Assembly: GCA_965646995.1 (NCBI GenBank)
Contig: CBFGBH010000003.1
Span: forward strand, 3,533-67,532
DNA length: 64,000 nt
Direction: 5' to 3'
From: Candidatus Onthoplasma sp.
GTDB taxonomy: Bacteria; Bacillota; Clostridia; Christensenellales; UBA1242
Positions 9,601-24,600 of the stretch are shown here, one piece after another. Under the pieces are notes generated by a model. The model saw only the letters and a list, made by a program, of their open reading frames with translations. It was not told the origin of the DNA and searched no databases. Every line of letters starts with the position of its first letter. Position 1 is the first letter of the stretch. The position numbers were made by a program, and so were the translations under genes.

Positions 9601-12600
9601 TAAATAGTAAAACATATATAATCATTCTCACAATCAACAAAATCAGAAGACTCTTCTAATCCATTAGCTGTATTTTTAGATGTGTATTTTTTGCGTTGTA
9701 TACCTTTACCTTGTAATCCAAGGTTTTCTATAGTTCCCACATGAGTAATATTCGCAGCATCGTATATTGTAGCAACAGAATCCCATGTGTTAGCCTGTGG
9801 AATACATCTCTGTACAATTCTAAAACCTGTGTATTTCTTATGCCAACCTTGAGCATATTTATTTAATGGATTTGTTGTAATAGTATTATTGAACTTAGTA
9901 TTAGATGAGGGAGAAATATTAAAATTATCTTGATTTATATAGTATGCTTGTGCATATAAATATACTTTTCCTTCGTCTGTCACTTCTTCATGGAATATGG
10001 ATTCTGCATCGTAATAATTAGAATTTTCAATTGTATTAATAGTAAATGCAAACTTGTGTATACCTTTTACTGTAGCACCCGGAGCACCACTATCATTTGT
10101 TTGACCGGATACTACTTTCAACAAGCCGACTAGACCGCCGAAGTTTTCTGGTTTATTTGAATCAAATACTCCATCATAAACATTTGCTCCAGTCATATTG
10201 CCTTCTAAACGTCCGATTAGACCACCCATATAATAAGAGACAGCATTATTAGAGATAATGATCTCTTTATGCAGTTCAATACCATTCAAATTAACCATAC
10301 CAGTTGTTTTAGCTACTTTACCAAAGAGTCCGCCGACATACATTCCATTACCATTTTCTTGCAAAGTAATTGCCTTACCGAATGATGTCGCACCATCTTT
10401 AATTTTATAATTTGAAATAGCACCATTTAAGTATCCTACTACTCCGCCTATATTGTATGCACCACTAGTAGATGAATCTGCTATTAATTTAGGTGTATTT
10501 AGGGTAGTATTCGTGTCATTTCCTTTTAAATATCCGTAGAATGTACCGACATTGATACCTAACTGAGCGGATACATTGACATGTATCGAATTTGAAGTAA
10601 TGGCATCGCCATTTCTAATCATATTTTCATTAGTCGTGCCTATGAAGCCACCGAAGCCGGAAGATAACGAATTGAATTTCGTCGCCTTCTCGCCATCTGG
10701 GTCAGTGCCTAATAGTTCTTTATAATCATCTACTTTATCTGGTTTGATATTTTCTGAACCTTCTCCTATAGCTATATTAGCCATTAAGTTACCAATAGTA
10801 GAAATGACTGAAGATGTCTGTTTATTAGCACCGCTAGCTATTGTTGCTCCTTCATTCGAACTCGTAACATTGATAGATACGATGTTGTTGTTTTTTAATA
10901 CATAATTAGTCTCGCTAGAGTCAGCAGTACCTATGAAACCGCCGACACTAGTAGGTAGATATACTATTGTTTGTGTATCATTAAAATTATTATTAGTTTT
11001 GATATTTAAACCATAGAATATGCCTTTTATCTCAGTAGTAGCGTTAGCCTTTGTCTCGTTAGCATCATTTGAATATGCTATATGTCCTACTAATGAATTG
11101 TATACAGAAGAATTCCTTAACCTACCTATTAAACCGCCTACACTAGTATTACCATATATATTCGACGATGACAAAATGGAGTCAATGATACTATCTCCAA
11201 CATAACCTATAGCTCCACCAACATTTATCACACCTGAGACTTCTGCACTCGAAGTAAATAATGGATTGTCTAAAGAGTCTAATTTTCTTACTTTATATAA
11301 ATTATCTAAGTCAGAAGGAGACTCTACTCTAATATAGTCATAAGTCTTCTTATCCCCGACTATATTCTCAGTACGAGTGAAGTACAATTCATTATCTGAT
11401 GGTGTTTCATTATTATTAAATGAAGCCTTTTCATAAAGTGACTCATTTATCAAACTAATCTTTTTCGCATAACCGATTAATCCACCCACATTCTGATAAC
11501 CAGTCACAGGCGAAGAATTTCTGATATTGGTAATACTATAATTTGCTTCTTTAGTATTGTCGATTAAACCTATCACACCGCCGACATTAATTGTGTATAA
11601 GGTCGACTTATTCGTCATAGAGTTCAATATATATTTATCGGAATTAAAGCCCAAACCACTATTTTTATAATAAGTGATGAACTTATCTCCCGCTTCATTA
11701 CTTAGATTCTTAGCACTACCTTCTAGACATCCTACTACTCCACCTAGACCGATTAGATTAGGATTGTCTGTGAGCTGAGCATCATATATAATAAATCTAT
11801 TTCTATTAGTAATGACAGGTACTGCTACTGGCTGGTCATTTTCACGTGTAGTTGTAGTATTATCAGTGCCAGTATTTTTCTTATAAGTAAGTTCTCCTAC
11901 AAACTTTCCAAACAGACCGCCCCAATTCGATAACGACTTTGAAGTGATACCATTATTACCAATCGTTGCATAGCCTTCTTTCGACTGCAAGAAATTCCAA
12001 AGTTTATCTATTTGCTCTCCGCTAGTCCCTTCATTTATAGACGCATCTACTGAATATTTCTGCATCATTGTATCAATATTGCCGTTAAAGTATCCAAACG
12101 CACCGCCGACATTGTGTGTGCCATTCAGAATAATCGTATCGCTACCAGACGTCCCTAAATCAGTATGAAGTGTAATATTAGGAACATTGGTTCCTGCATT
12201 ATATCTTCCGACTAAACCTCCTAGATTATAACCATTATCTACAGTGAAATTGTTGATTTTAATAGTACTATTCTTTTCTATGAAACTACCCGCGGTCATC
12301 AATCCTAAATAAGTACCGAAACCTTGTTTGCTTTCATCTGATGTACTTGCTGACGCATCAGCTTTAGATGAGTCTGCATTAGCGTTTGAAACTGTAGCTT
12401 TTATATTAATATTTTCTGCTGAAAAGTTATTTAAGCACAGCGCGCCACCAATCTGTTTAGCGACTGCTAGACCTAAATAATTATATCCAGCATTCATATA
12501 AACGACGATATTTGAGTTTACTCCAGTTACGATAGAGTCAATACCGAAAGAGCATCCCTCAATGCTAGCATTACCACTCTTAATCTCTCCAACGATACCG

Positions 12601-15600
12601 CCGAAAGACTGTGCCTTCAATTTATATTCAGCTACAACCGAGTTATTAGTTACAGGTACTAATACTTTAACATTACTAATTGTTATCGTATTTTTATCCG
12701 ATGAACTAGAATTTTCTGCTACTCTACCTACTACACCTGCCAATATATCTACACCATGATTTGCTTCATATCCAGTTAATATCTTAACTTCTGCATTATT
12801 GCCATTGATACTACCAGCTGACATTTCTCCGACTATGCCACCAGCGTAAGTAAAGGCATCTGCTTTATCTCCAATATCTAAGTACTCGAAAGCAATAGTA
12901 AGAGCCTTATCCCCTACATGACTAGAGTCTATATCAATCTTACCGCCTGATAATTTACCGGCTATGAGACCTGTCACTAGACCTGAAACTTCGGTATCTT
13001 TGATCTTAGTGATAGTAGCACGAGAATTTTTATTAACGGTGGCGTCGTCAGCTCTAGATGTTGCATTAACCTTAGTGATTAGATTATTAATTTCAACATC
13101 TCCAGATTTTATCTCGCCAAATAAGCCACCTACATATTTGCTATTTTCAATTGCTTGAACTTTAGCTTCCGAAAGATTAATTGTATTGACCTTAACTGTC
13201 GCTTCTTTTTGATCATTTTCATCGACAATGGACTTAACAAGTTTGCCTAGTATTCCTCCATCCTTGATATCCATAGTGCCGAACTTGATACATTCGAAAG
13301 TTGCTCTATTGATATTGCCGAATAATCCACTACCTGAAATATTCTCTATAGTACAAGCATTTTCATCATTAATGTCATTTATAGCATAATTTTTATTAGA
13401 AATAACTTTACCATTGAACTCAGCATCAGAGCCTGAATATAGATATTGTCTAGTGCTTGCTGCATCTGTGCCGATTACACCTTGACCGACAGTATAGTCT
13501 GTCCAATCTATGCCTTTTCCGTCTATATCGTATATTATAGCGTAGTTCAAATATGTATTATCTAAAACTATCTCACTATTATCTCCTAATCTCCATGTAT
13601 TCGCCATACCATGTATCATACTGAGTACACCTAAATTAGATATCTTAATATAGTCTGTAACAGAATCTGAGCTCTGTCCTCTACCAGTGTATAATTGGTA
13701 GTTCATTTCATTATCTTTGTGGAAATTATAGACCGGATATCCATAATTGTAACCAAATGAAGTAGCATTCAAATCAATGAAATCATGATATGTAGCGGTA
13801 ATACCTACTATCGTGCTAGACCTACTTCCTATAATAGTATGCCAATTACCTTTTAGTTTAGGGATAGTTATCGAAGTATGCTCTTCTTTATGAGTATTCA
13901 TTAGGTCATAAGTAGATATTGTTTTGATAGCGTTATTATTCTCAATCTCCTCAATATTCGCAAAACTATCAATAAAGTTATTTGAGCCTATAAGAGTGTT
14001 ACCACTAAAGCTTGTATATCTCTCACTAATAACTTCGATAATACCTGCCATATATGTATTATAGACATAAGAATTATCTTCACTCGTTTTTACAATACCG
14101 GTTGCCATAGCGGTGTTATCGTTATTTATATAACCCGTGAAATAGCATGTTAAAATTTTACCGCCATTATAGTTATTCAAAACTATTCCTGAAATATCAT
14201 TATTACATGTTGTAAACTCTGCACCTGAATATGAATAAGATACCAAACCTGTATTAGTATGAGATAATAAACCTATTTCGCCTGATACAGTGAGACCTGT
14301 ACCCTGTACTGAGCAGTTGAATATCACGCCATTATTGTAGGCAGAAATTATACCACCATTATGTGAAATACTATCAGATAATTCCACATGAAGATTGGAT
14401 ACCGCACCATGTCTATTAATCATTGGTACGATAGCCTTTTCGTTCGTCTCTTTTCCTTCGTTATCTATAGCTACATTGTAAGCTATATTGGTCTCATTAG
14501 ACTTATATATCTTCTCATTTGCTATCATCACACCAGATAGACTACCTATAAAATCAAGTGATGAACTACCAGATAATAGATAGAAATCATATACTTTATC
14601 ACTTAGATTATAAGTAGATGTCTCATTTATAATTGCCGGATTTCTAGCCGAACCTACTGGATAAGTAAAGGCTCCTGTTGTGTCATTACGGAATATAGCA
14701 TAATTCTCTAACGCAAGCTCCAAACTTCTTGGATATGGAGCGTATTTTCTATCGCTTGCTCCCTCTTTTGCGCTCCAAATAGAAGTATTTGTAAACTTAC
14801 TCCAATCGTTTGAGAATGCCATAGTGTAGGCTGAGATATTCTTGCCATAACCTGAATCTTCTGGGAAGAGTGCATAGTCACTAGAATAGTATAGACTATC
14901 TTCGCTAATCTGCACTGCCCCCACACTACCGAATAGTGCATTGACATGTAAGTTTTGAATCGTATCTGCACCTAATCCGTCTGCAATAATACTAACCATA
15001 TCATATACATACATGATATTAACATTTGGTGCTTGACCTATTAATCCACCGACATAGATTTTAGTGATATCTTCATTATATATAGCACTAATCGGTATTA
15101 TCTTACCATCTACAGATGAATTTTTTATATTGAGTGTAATATTGGTAGAATTTTGAGTCTCGTCAGTCGAATCGTTAACAGTATTAAGTGCATTAACAAC
15201 TTGACCTACTAGTCCACCTGAATAAATTTTATTAGTAGCATTAGAGCCTATATTAATATTACCTGTAGCCATGACTTCATTTTGGTCAATCACTATATTG
15301 TCTTGAGCGGTTGCTGATAAGCACAAACCTAATACATATGAAGCCCATATGTTATTAATAGTAGCTGTACCCTCTGTATTGATATTTCCTGTGAATAAAC
15401 ACTGTGCTATATCTAGGTAACCATGTGATAGAGCCACACCGAATGCTGTCATGAGATTATCAATATATCCTGCTCTAGTCATATCAATATTACAATATAC
15501 ATTTGACTGAGTGATATTGATATTCGATGTTCCACTTACTGTAGAATTTGCGACTAATCCTGCCACACTAGTGAACGGAGTAACTGTCTGATCTCCCTTA

Positions 15601-18600
15601 TTGTCATCATTCGATCCTGTTAAAACGATATTTGTACGCGCATCTATACCTGTTAGTATGGTATTCGTCGCACTACCTACTACACCTGCTAGATAGATGT
15701 CTTTCTTAACTGAATTCATATTTACGTTGATAGTTGCGTTTGGATTTTTCTCATACGCATAATTACCAACTTTTACTTTTGATATAATTGTACCATTAGT
15801 AGCATTACCTACTGCACCACCAATATTGAAATCTGTGGTATTACCTGCTAAAGTCAGTTTGAATTCTTGTGGATATTCGTCTACTCCGACCTGTGAATCA
15901 ATGATTGCCATACTATTCTGGACTAAAGCATTATCATCATCCTGTCTCATCGAGTAACCTACCAATCCACCGAAATTGACAATATTATTAGTATAGCCAA
16001 TACCCTTTAATTGAGCATCTATTTGTCCAGCGAAGATACAACCTTGTACATTCGAATTAGTAGCAAAACCTACTATTCCACCAAAACCTGCTATAGAGTT
16101 ATTTCCATTAGTTCTTAAGAAAGCGTTTTGGTTTCCATCTTGAGCAGAATTATCAGTCGCAACTATCACATTAAGAGAAGCAAACAATGAATTGGTATCA
16201 CTCGCTGATACACCACCGACATACGCAATTTCATGATTAACTGTAATAGCAGGATTCTTGCTCTCTGCCTGCCACTCAAAATTGATATTTCTAATCGTTG
16301 CTCTATTAGTGGTTCTAAATAGACCTGCATTACCAGTAGTTATTGTCCTTTTATGTAAACCACTTATGGTAGGCGTAGTACCATCTTCTTTGCCACCGAT
16401 TAATATACCCGTGAAATCTATATTGAATATGAAGTTGCTATCATTATGAGTCTCAATCCAGTCAAATAGATTAATGTCATTAACTATCTTGAATGCACCG
16501 CTTGGATTGCTGATAAGTTTATCAAAATCTGATGAATTTTCTATTAAGGTATAGTTGTCAGCCTTTTTACTAAGTAGTAATGGATAGAACTTGCTATCAT
16601 CGAATGACCAGAACTCTTCGTCCCAGCTAGAGAAAATCTCTTTAAATAGAACTTCTTGTTTACTGATAGCAACATCATCTGTCCTATTTAATAATTCGGA
16701 TAACTGTGCATGCGAAATCTTATTTTCTAATTGATTTCTAACAGTATTTACATCTGTATAATTAACCTCGCCTGAATAGATATATGACATCAGACCATTT
16801 AGACTAGTTCCTGTTGTACCTTGTCCAAAATCTGCACATATATAGTCTATTACGAAATCAGAGTTACTCTCAAACGAAGCATCGTCTAACAATACAGTCG
16901 AGAATAAACTATTGAGAGAATGTGAAGTATTGTGAATTACCATATTATTGAGAATAGATATGTATTCACTAGCTTGACCATCTCTATCTATGGTATCGAA
17001 AGTTTGACCAAATAGTCCGCCTACGCGTCTAGTATTCGCATCCAAATGGATGAATGGCACTGCGTATGAATAGTTGACAGTAGATGCAATACTAATACCT
17101 ATAAGACCACCAATAGTTACGCCACTTTTGAAGCTAGCCTTACTATAACATGATTTGATAGTATTATTGATACCGATACCTACTAGTCCGCCTGCATACT
17201 GATACGACTCTAGTAGTGTCCTATTGCCATAATCCCCTTCTAATACCGATTCTTCTCCTTTAGATAATTTGATAACATATTCGCCATAAGCTTTATCATA
17301 ATTGAACTGAGTCTCTTCTATAGCAGTGACTTGTGAAGCAGTGATACTACCCATATTCACGCCGAATAGTCCACCAACTGCATGCCATCCGCGAATTCTA
17401 TTATTAACTCCTACATTATACTTCAACTTTAGACTCTTGGTATTTAATCCAGCATAACCTGCGATAGAGCCTGCGAAGTCTGCCTTAATATTTCCATCTC
17501 CCTCGACTGGAGTCATCATACCATTACCGTCTATAGTGATGTAAGATAAATTGTATTCGTCTCTTCCTCTAACATCTAAGTCAATAACACCTGCTATTCC
17601 ACCAGCATATGATAAATGTTTCAAATACTCGTCATAGTTCCAACCATTCTTCATTACATAGTCGTTAGACCTATAATACATATTGCTCGTATTCTCTGTG
17701 TTCGCCAATGCGTTGACATTAGAAGTGACGCTATATATTAATCCCTTACCTGTAATGATACCTGCCAATCCTCCAGCAAAGTTATTACCATTGATGACAG
17801 TATTAGCCCCATTCAAGTTGACATTCATAATGACACTATTATTAATTTTACCTGATAATCCGCCCGAATACTGAACATTAGCCGAACTGAATTTTGCATC
17901 TGCAAATTCGAGATTCAAATTCTTAATATAAGCGTATTCTATCTCAGAGAAAAGACCAATAGATTCTTCCACATCCTGACCTACATCTAGGAATATTCCG
18001 CTAATTGTCATTCCATTACCATCTAGGCTAGTCACATTTCTATTGCTCTTGTCTCCGAACGTGAAGCCGACACGAGTAGTAATAGCTTTGTTATTATCAT
18101 CAAAGTCTATATTGTTAATTAATCTGAAATAACCAGATATACTACTAATGCTAGAATTATGTGTCAGTACATCATTGTATTCTGCTACGTTTCGTATGAT
18201 ATATGGGTTGAATTCACTACCCTGACTGAAATGGGCTGAATTAGCGAAATTATTAAGTCCTTCATCGTTAAAGCCCGTGAAATACCTATATGAATAAGTA
18301 ACCTTATTCGTACTAGTAAGTTCTGGTAGAATAGTGAGTCTATCATCGCTATTATAGTATGACCATATACCTTGGCTACGCTCTTGCCTAGAATCACTAA
18401 GTACAAATACAAAGTTATTTAGTTTGTCTGCATTAGAGAAGTTCTCCCAGTTCAAAGCGTCTGCTTGGTCTTGATTATCTGGATATGGAATTTTCGATTT
18501 ATCTATGATCACATTCTGGTCTATCAAGAAATATGTGTTTATAAGTCTACCATGTGATAATAATTCGTTGTTTTCGTATCCCACAAATGGTTGTTCTGCT

Positions 18601-21600
18601 GTAGTATTCTCGCCGATATGTTTACCATTGAAAGTACATGCTGCATAGCTTTCTTTAATTGTACCTGAAGCATGATTATATACAAAACCTGCCATGAAGG
18701 TAGAGTCTGACCTTATTTCTGTATTGGCATAAGAATTGTCTATATCTCCACTATTAGTATGTACAAAGCCTGCTACCGTACCATTAGTAGTTGATTCGAT
18801 TTTAGCTCCTGTAGAATATGGATTTTCGCTAGTAATATTTCTCTCGAGCGCTTTCACATAACTATATGAAATTTTACCTGAGTTATCAGCTGCGAAACCT
18901 GCTGTCTTGCTAACGCCCGGTGCAGTAGAATAGTTGATTAAGCTGGTATTAGCTACATAAGCACTGGCTATAACAGCCTCGTTCTGACCTACAAATGCTC
19001 CTGCCTCCGCTATGAAGCCCTGTCCTGTAGTAGCGCCTGTCATATTGCCTATAACAAAACTGATTGGCTGCGGTCTAAGTATAGTCTTATCACTATTATC
19101 CATAGTAATGTAACCATAATCATTGACTGAATCCTGTGTCTCGCTTGCTGTTATACGTTTATATGACAAGTTGCCCACGCGTGAATTAGTGATAATTGCA
19201 TCTCCAGTATTCTTACCTACCAAGCCACCAAATACAATATTCACTTCGTTCGAACTATCCGGTAGTAGATTTACAATTTTTTCACTAGGAGCAAACGCCA
19301 TAACATCACTGTTATAAATTAAGCCACTATTATTATGTGCCACCAATCCACCGAAAGTGATGTTCGTAATATTATTATTAGTAAGTATTAATCCTTCGAA
19401 TTGACCATAGTCTACAATGACATTCTTCAGAATGGTCTGTTTCTCTTCGCCCTCTTCTGTCGTATATTTTCCGATAGTATCAAACAATCCATAATTGGTT
19501 CTATCGACATCAACTGCGAAACTCTTTATAGTAATTACTCTATTATTACCGTCTAGACTGGATATGTTGGTAGTAATAGGAGTGAAATTTTCCAGCACTA
19601 TGTCATTAGCTAGAATATAATCTTCGTTCGCATTCATGGCAAGGAAATCTTCCGCTGTCTTAATCTGAGTAGCATGCTCCTCAGTCGTACTTGGATAGAT
19701 ATTTAGTCTAAACGAGAAATCCATGGTATATGGATATTGGTTATCTGAAGCTGACGCAAATTTCAACTCATACTTTCCATCTTCCCCTATTTCATAATTG
19801 TAATGAACATCAAAGTTAATATCTAGTTGAATTGCTCGCGTAGCGTCGATTCTAAGTTTATTATTAATAAATCTAACTATAAACTCTTCTTGAGAGTCCG
19901 CTAGAGTCTTTCTCGTGCCGTTAGCGTCAATATAGTAGAATAATTCTAAAAACTTATTCAAATTATTTTCATTTATTTTGACATGATCTTCACTATCAGT
20001 AATTTCGCCCATTATACTTCTCAACAATATATAATATAACTCATCTGATAAATCGGCGTTGGCATCAGTATCAAATATAAACTCTAAATACCTAGAATGT
20101 CCCTCCGCAATACTAAATAAGCCATTGTCTAGACCTTTGATAGTAGCGGAATTGTTCTTTACTACATAATCTACTGGATGGAATACCAAAGTGTTACTAT
20201 CTTCACTCGTAATCTGACCATCTTCTGTAATAAGTGTCATATTTGCACTCATCGTAAATGTCTTAGGGATATTCTTCGCTACATTGAGATATACATCAAT
20301 ATAGTATGAACCATCTGCATTAGATACTATATCTCCGAGATGATAAGATACATAGTCTAATATCTTTGCAGTCTCTTCTTTATCATTCCATACAAAGTTA
20401 ATGATTGGCTTCGCACTAAATTGATAGCCGTATACCTTTAATTTAACTACATTACCTGTAGTACCTTTTTGCACTATATACTCTCTAGTATCGTCACTTA
20501 GGTCTCCTACCTCAATTCCATCATAAGTCAAACCAGCTCCCGGTATATATTGAGTAAGAAGTGGTTTAGTAATAGACTTCACTATACCATTGTTGGTCTC
20601 TACATCTAGAGATATCGTGATTGAGCCCTCTAGACCACTGAATTTCTCTAAAATAGTGTGGACATAGATGACTCCTGTGTATTCATATCCGTTCTCACCT
20701 TTGACAGATGCCTTCTCTAGCATTATACCGCCATCTATCTCTTGGTTCCTTGGATATATAGTTTCATAGTTATTATTCTTTTCGTTATAAACTACTTGCT
20801 CAAAACGAATGCGAACGTTCTTATTCAAATCTGGAACGAATAGCTCGCTACTCGTCAAGGCCGCAGAAACAAGATTAGAGTAACTATGCTCTAAGTAAAT
20901 CATCAATACTCCACCATATCCACCAGGAGAGATAATTGCCGTCTCTGTAGAATTGGCACTGATGATATTTATATAAGAACCAGCAGCCGACATACTAGTC
21001 GCTGTGTAATTATCCATACGAATAGTAGATAATGGTGTTGGCTTTAATTGAACATTAAAAGTGGCATATTTGTCATTATTGCTCTTTGCACTTACGCGAA
21101 CAATCAAATCAATATTATTCTCAATGAAACGATAATTGTGTTCATCTTTTAGAGACATATTGATATTGTAATTATAGCCTAGATTATTTTTTAATAGAGT
21201 GTATCCGAATGAGAAATCAAATAACTCTACTATATTCGATACTTTAGCTCGACTGAGTAGTTTATTTAATTCGGTTTCACTTTCTTCTCTACATGTTATT
21301 GATAGCTCAATACTATCTTTGCCATCTTCTAATAAAACGACTTTATCCCCAACTATGCTGTATTTTACGAATGGTTTATTCGCTGTGTCAGTCGACATAT
21401 AACCTGTGTATAATTCAGCATCGAATGTGATATTTGCATTGGTAGGAACGGATGGCTCACTACCCACAACCACTACTTCATTAGCCGATTTCATAGCCAC
21501 TACTCTAAGAGTAGTCTGTGCAATGTCTATTATATCACTACTACCTTGGTAATTATCTCCAAAATATTCTTTTGCATTTAGCTCCAAAACTGCAGTGATA

Positions 21601-24600
21601 GTTTCGACTTCTCTATTGTCAGTAAATATAGCATTGTCTTTCACTTTTAGAGTAAACTCTGTCTTTGAGTTGGTTGTATCTTTTATATCTAATATACTAT
21701 TAGTAGCCGTCTCTAATCTAATTGACAGATATTCATCAATATTGGCGTCTAATATAGTATTGAAACTTATACCATCATAAACATTATTCGCACCGATATT
21801 GAATGTAATAGGATTTGCCCCTGTGAATGTCATAAGTTCAAATATCGCATCTTCATCATTTATTCTATTGACATTTGAGGATTCTATGATAAGTTCACTC
21901 ACACCATATTCAGTATATAATACTATAAATTCTTCAAGGTCTTCATTAAATGATGAATAACATCTTATCACTATACGATTATTACCGAGTGTAACACCTG
22001 TGAATACTAGTTTTTTGACGCCATTGACATCTGTAATATAAGCATATTGCGAGCCTTCTATTACCATGAAATTCACTCCGCCCTGTGCATCGGTAGGTAC
22101 TACTCTCAAACTTATTATATCAAGTAAATTATAAGTATTGTGAGATATATTGTTGAGCGGATTCGCTGGGTCATTGTGATAATTGATAATTACAGTATCT
22201 GTAATCTTGCTCTCATTCACAATAATATCCATGTCGCCAACTATAATTGAATTAATCTTATTGATATATTCACTATTGACACCTACTGTGATGCTAGTAG
22301 GCTTCTTTATCATGAGAATATCATTATCATATATTAGATATGGTAAACTATATTCTTGACTATTAAATAGTATAGCATTGTAATTTGAACTATTGCTCCA
22401 ATTACTATTAAGTATCAAACCACTAATAAAGTCATTAATTTTATTTGCATTTTCTTCATCTGGAGTAATATTTTCTATCGTATTACTACTCATTGCATAT
22501 ATTTTTTCATCATTATAGAATATTGCGTAAGTAGCGTTAGAAGAAATATCTGCTTCTAAATTATTGAGTCTGCCTACATAGTAAGTGTCTTCTTCTGTAA
22601 CTTTAGAAGTAAGTATTACCCTGCCATTAGTCTGGATATTAGCATTGACGAAAGATAAACTTATCTCTGTACTGCTTGCATTTGCAACTAAACCTGCTGT
22701 AGTGTTGCCACCATTTAATGTGTAGAAAGTAACTATGTTATTCTTTTCATCTCTGGTTTTTGAGATAAATGACTCTACTGTAGCACGAGTAATAGTGACT
22801 CCGCTAGCCTTGGCTACAATACCTGCTACTAAATCTGAGCCTGTGATTCTACCCAAAGCAGTAATACTGCCAGAGAACTCAGCTGAAATATATCTGACAT
22901 CTATAATGTTTGCCGAACTAGCTAGTGCGACTATACCAGCTACATTGAAATCACGATTTGAAGTCAGGTCAAGACCGATTGCATAGCATGTCTCAACATT
23001 ACCTTCTAAAAAGCCTACAATTCCTGCCAGATTTGATTTCTCGCTTGATGATAAATTGCATTTATTCTTTAATTCTAATCTACCGCCAACTAGTATATTA
23101 GAAACCTTACTGCGAGCAGCACTTTTACCAATAACTGCGGCGAGATTAATATTGCCATTTGGAGTATTGGTATTGATATAATTAAACGTAGTATTAGCTA
23201 TGATTGTATATGATGGGCTGTTTAGTCCATCTTTTCCACTAAAACCACCTACGACCTCATTATAGTTTATACCTACTACTAGACCGATATTATGATAAGT
23301 AGTAGAACTAGAAGTAATGTCTGAATTGAAATTAATATTAGATAATGATAAATCTAACTTACCATTATTGATACCTACTACACCACCAAAATTAATAGTA
23401 CATTCGGTGTTTGCCTGCTGGAATAAAATATTGCTACTATTTAGAATAGATACATTTACGCCTACAATCGTACCATTATTAACACCAGCTACCGCACCAA
23501 TATTTAGATTATTATTAGATGTCAACTTGAATGCGCTGGTATCAAATTTAATATCTAAATCAAGACCTCTAATTTCTGCACCTTCGCCTAAAATAGCAAA
23601 TAAGCCAGAATAAACATCTCCATTACCATCCGTAATTGTAGAATTAATATTTAGAGTTAGCTTGTATTTTGAAGTAGAGATAACTTGGTTGTTGCTATCT
23701 AAATTCTCTGCTGTACCATGCAGCTTACCAGTAAATGCTTGTACTGTATTGTCATTCTTCAAACCGATTGGTCTGAAATTATCTATAGCAATATCACTCC
23801 TTAACTGATAATTAGCGCCTAGATTATTGACTATGTTATATAAGTCATCTTCATTATTAATAATATATTTATTCTTCTCACTACCATCACTGATTGATAA
23901 TATTAGCGAGAAAGTCGTAGCATAAGTATGTTTATCATCATTATACGAATCTTTGGCAACAAGTACTAATCTAAATAATCCCCCACCATCATTTTTGTCT
24001 GCTCTAATAATTACTTCGTTATTCGCAAAACTGATATCCAAACGACTCTTATCAATATCTGTCTCTATAGCCACGCCATCGTTCGTCAGAATTGAGCCGT
24101 CTTCATCTTGTAAAATTTGATACAATTCGTAATCTAGTTCATCATAATGTTTATTCGCATTGTTACTAGCATAATATGGATTAGCATTGAATTTGACTAC
24201 GTCATATCTATCAGAATCTGGCACATCTATAAATGACATATAGATATAATGACTATCATCTCCATAAGAAGTAATAGCGTCACCCGAAACTCTAATGCTA
24301 TCCATTGACTCATAGTCAACTACATTGATTGAAATACTATTAGAATACACTGATACTTCGCCGAAACGCAAAGCAATAAATGTCAGTGTAATATTTCTAA
24401 ATGTATGAACATTATAGTTCAAGCGAACTATTATGCTACCACGTAATAGATTGACATCATCTACATTTAGAACACCATTGCCAAATTCATCTAATGGTAT
24501 CTCTCTGTCTTCAGTCTTTAAATACACTGAAACTGCATTTGTATCATTTGTCTCAGATAATTTTAGCTGAATTTGAGTAGCGTTTTTATATTCTGCCTGC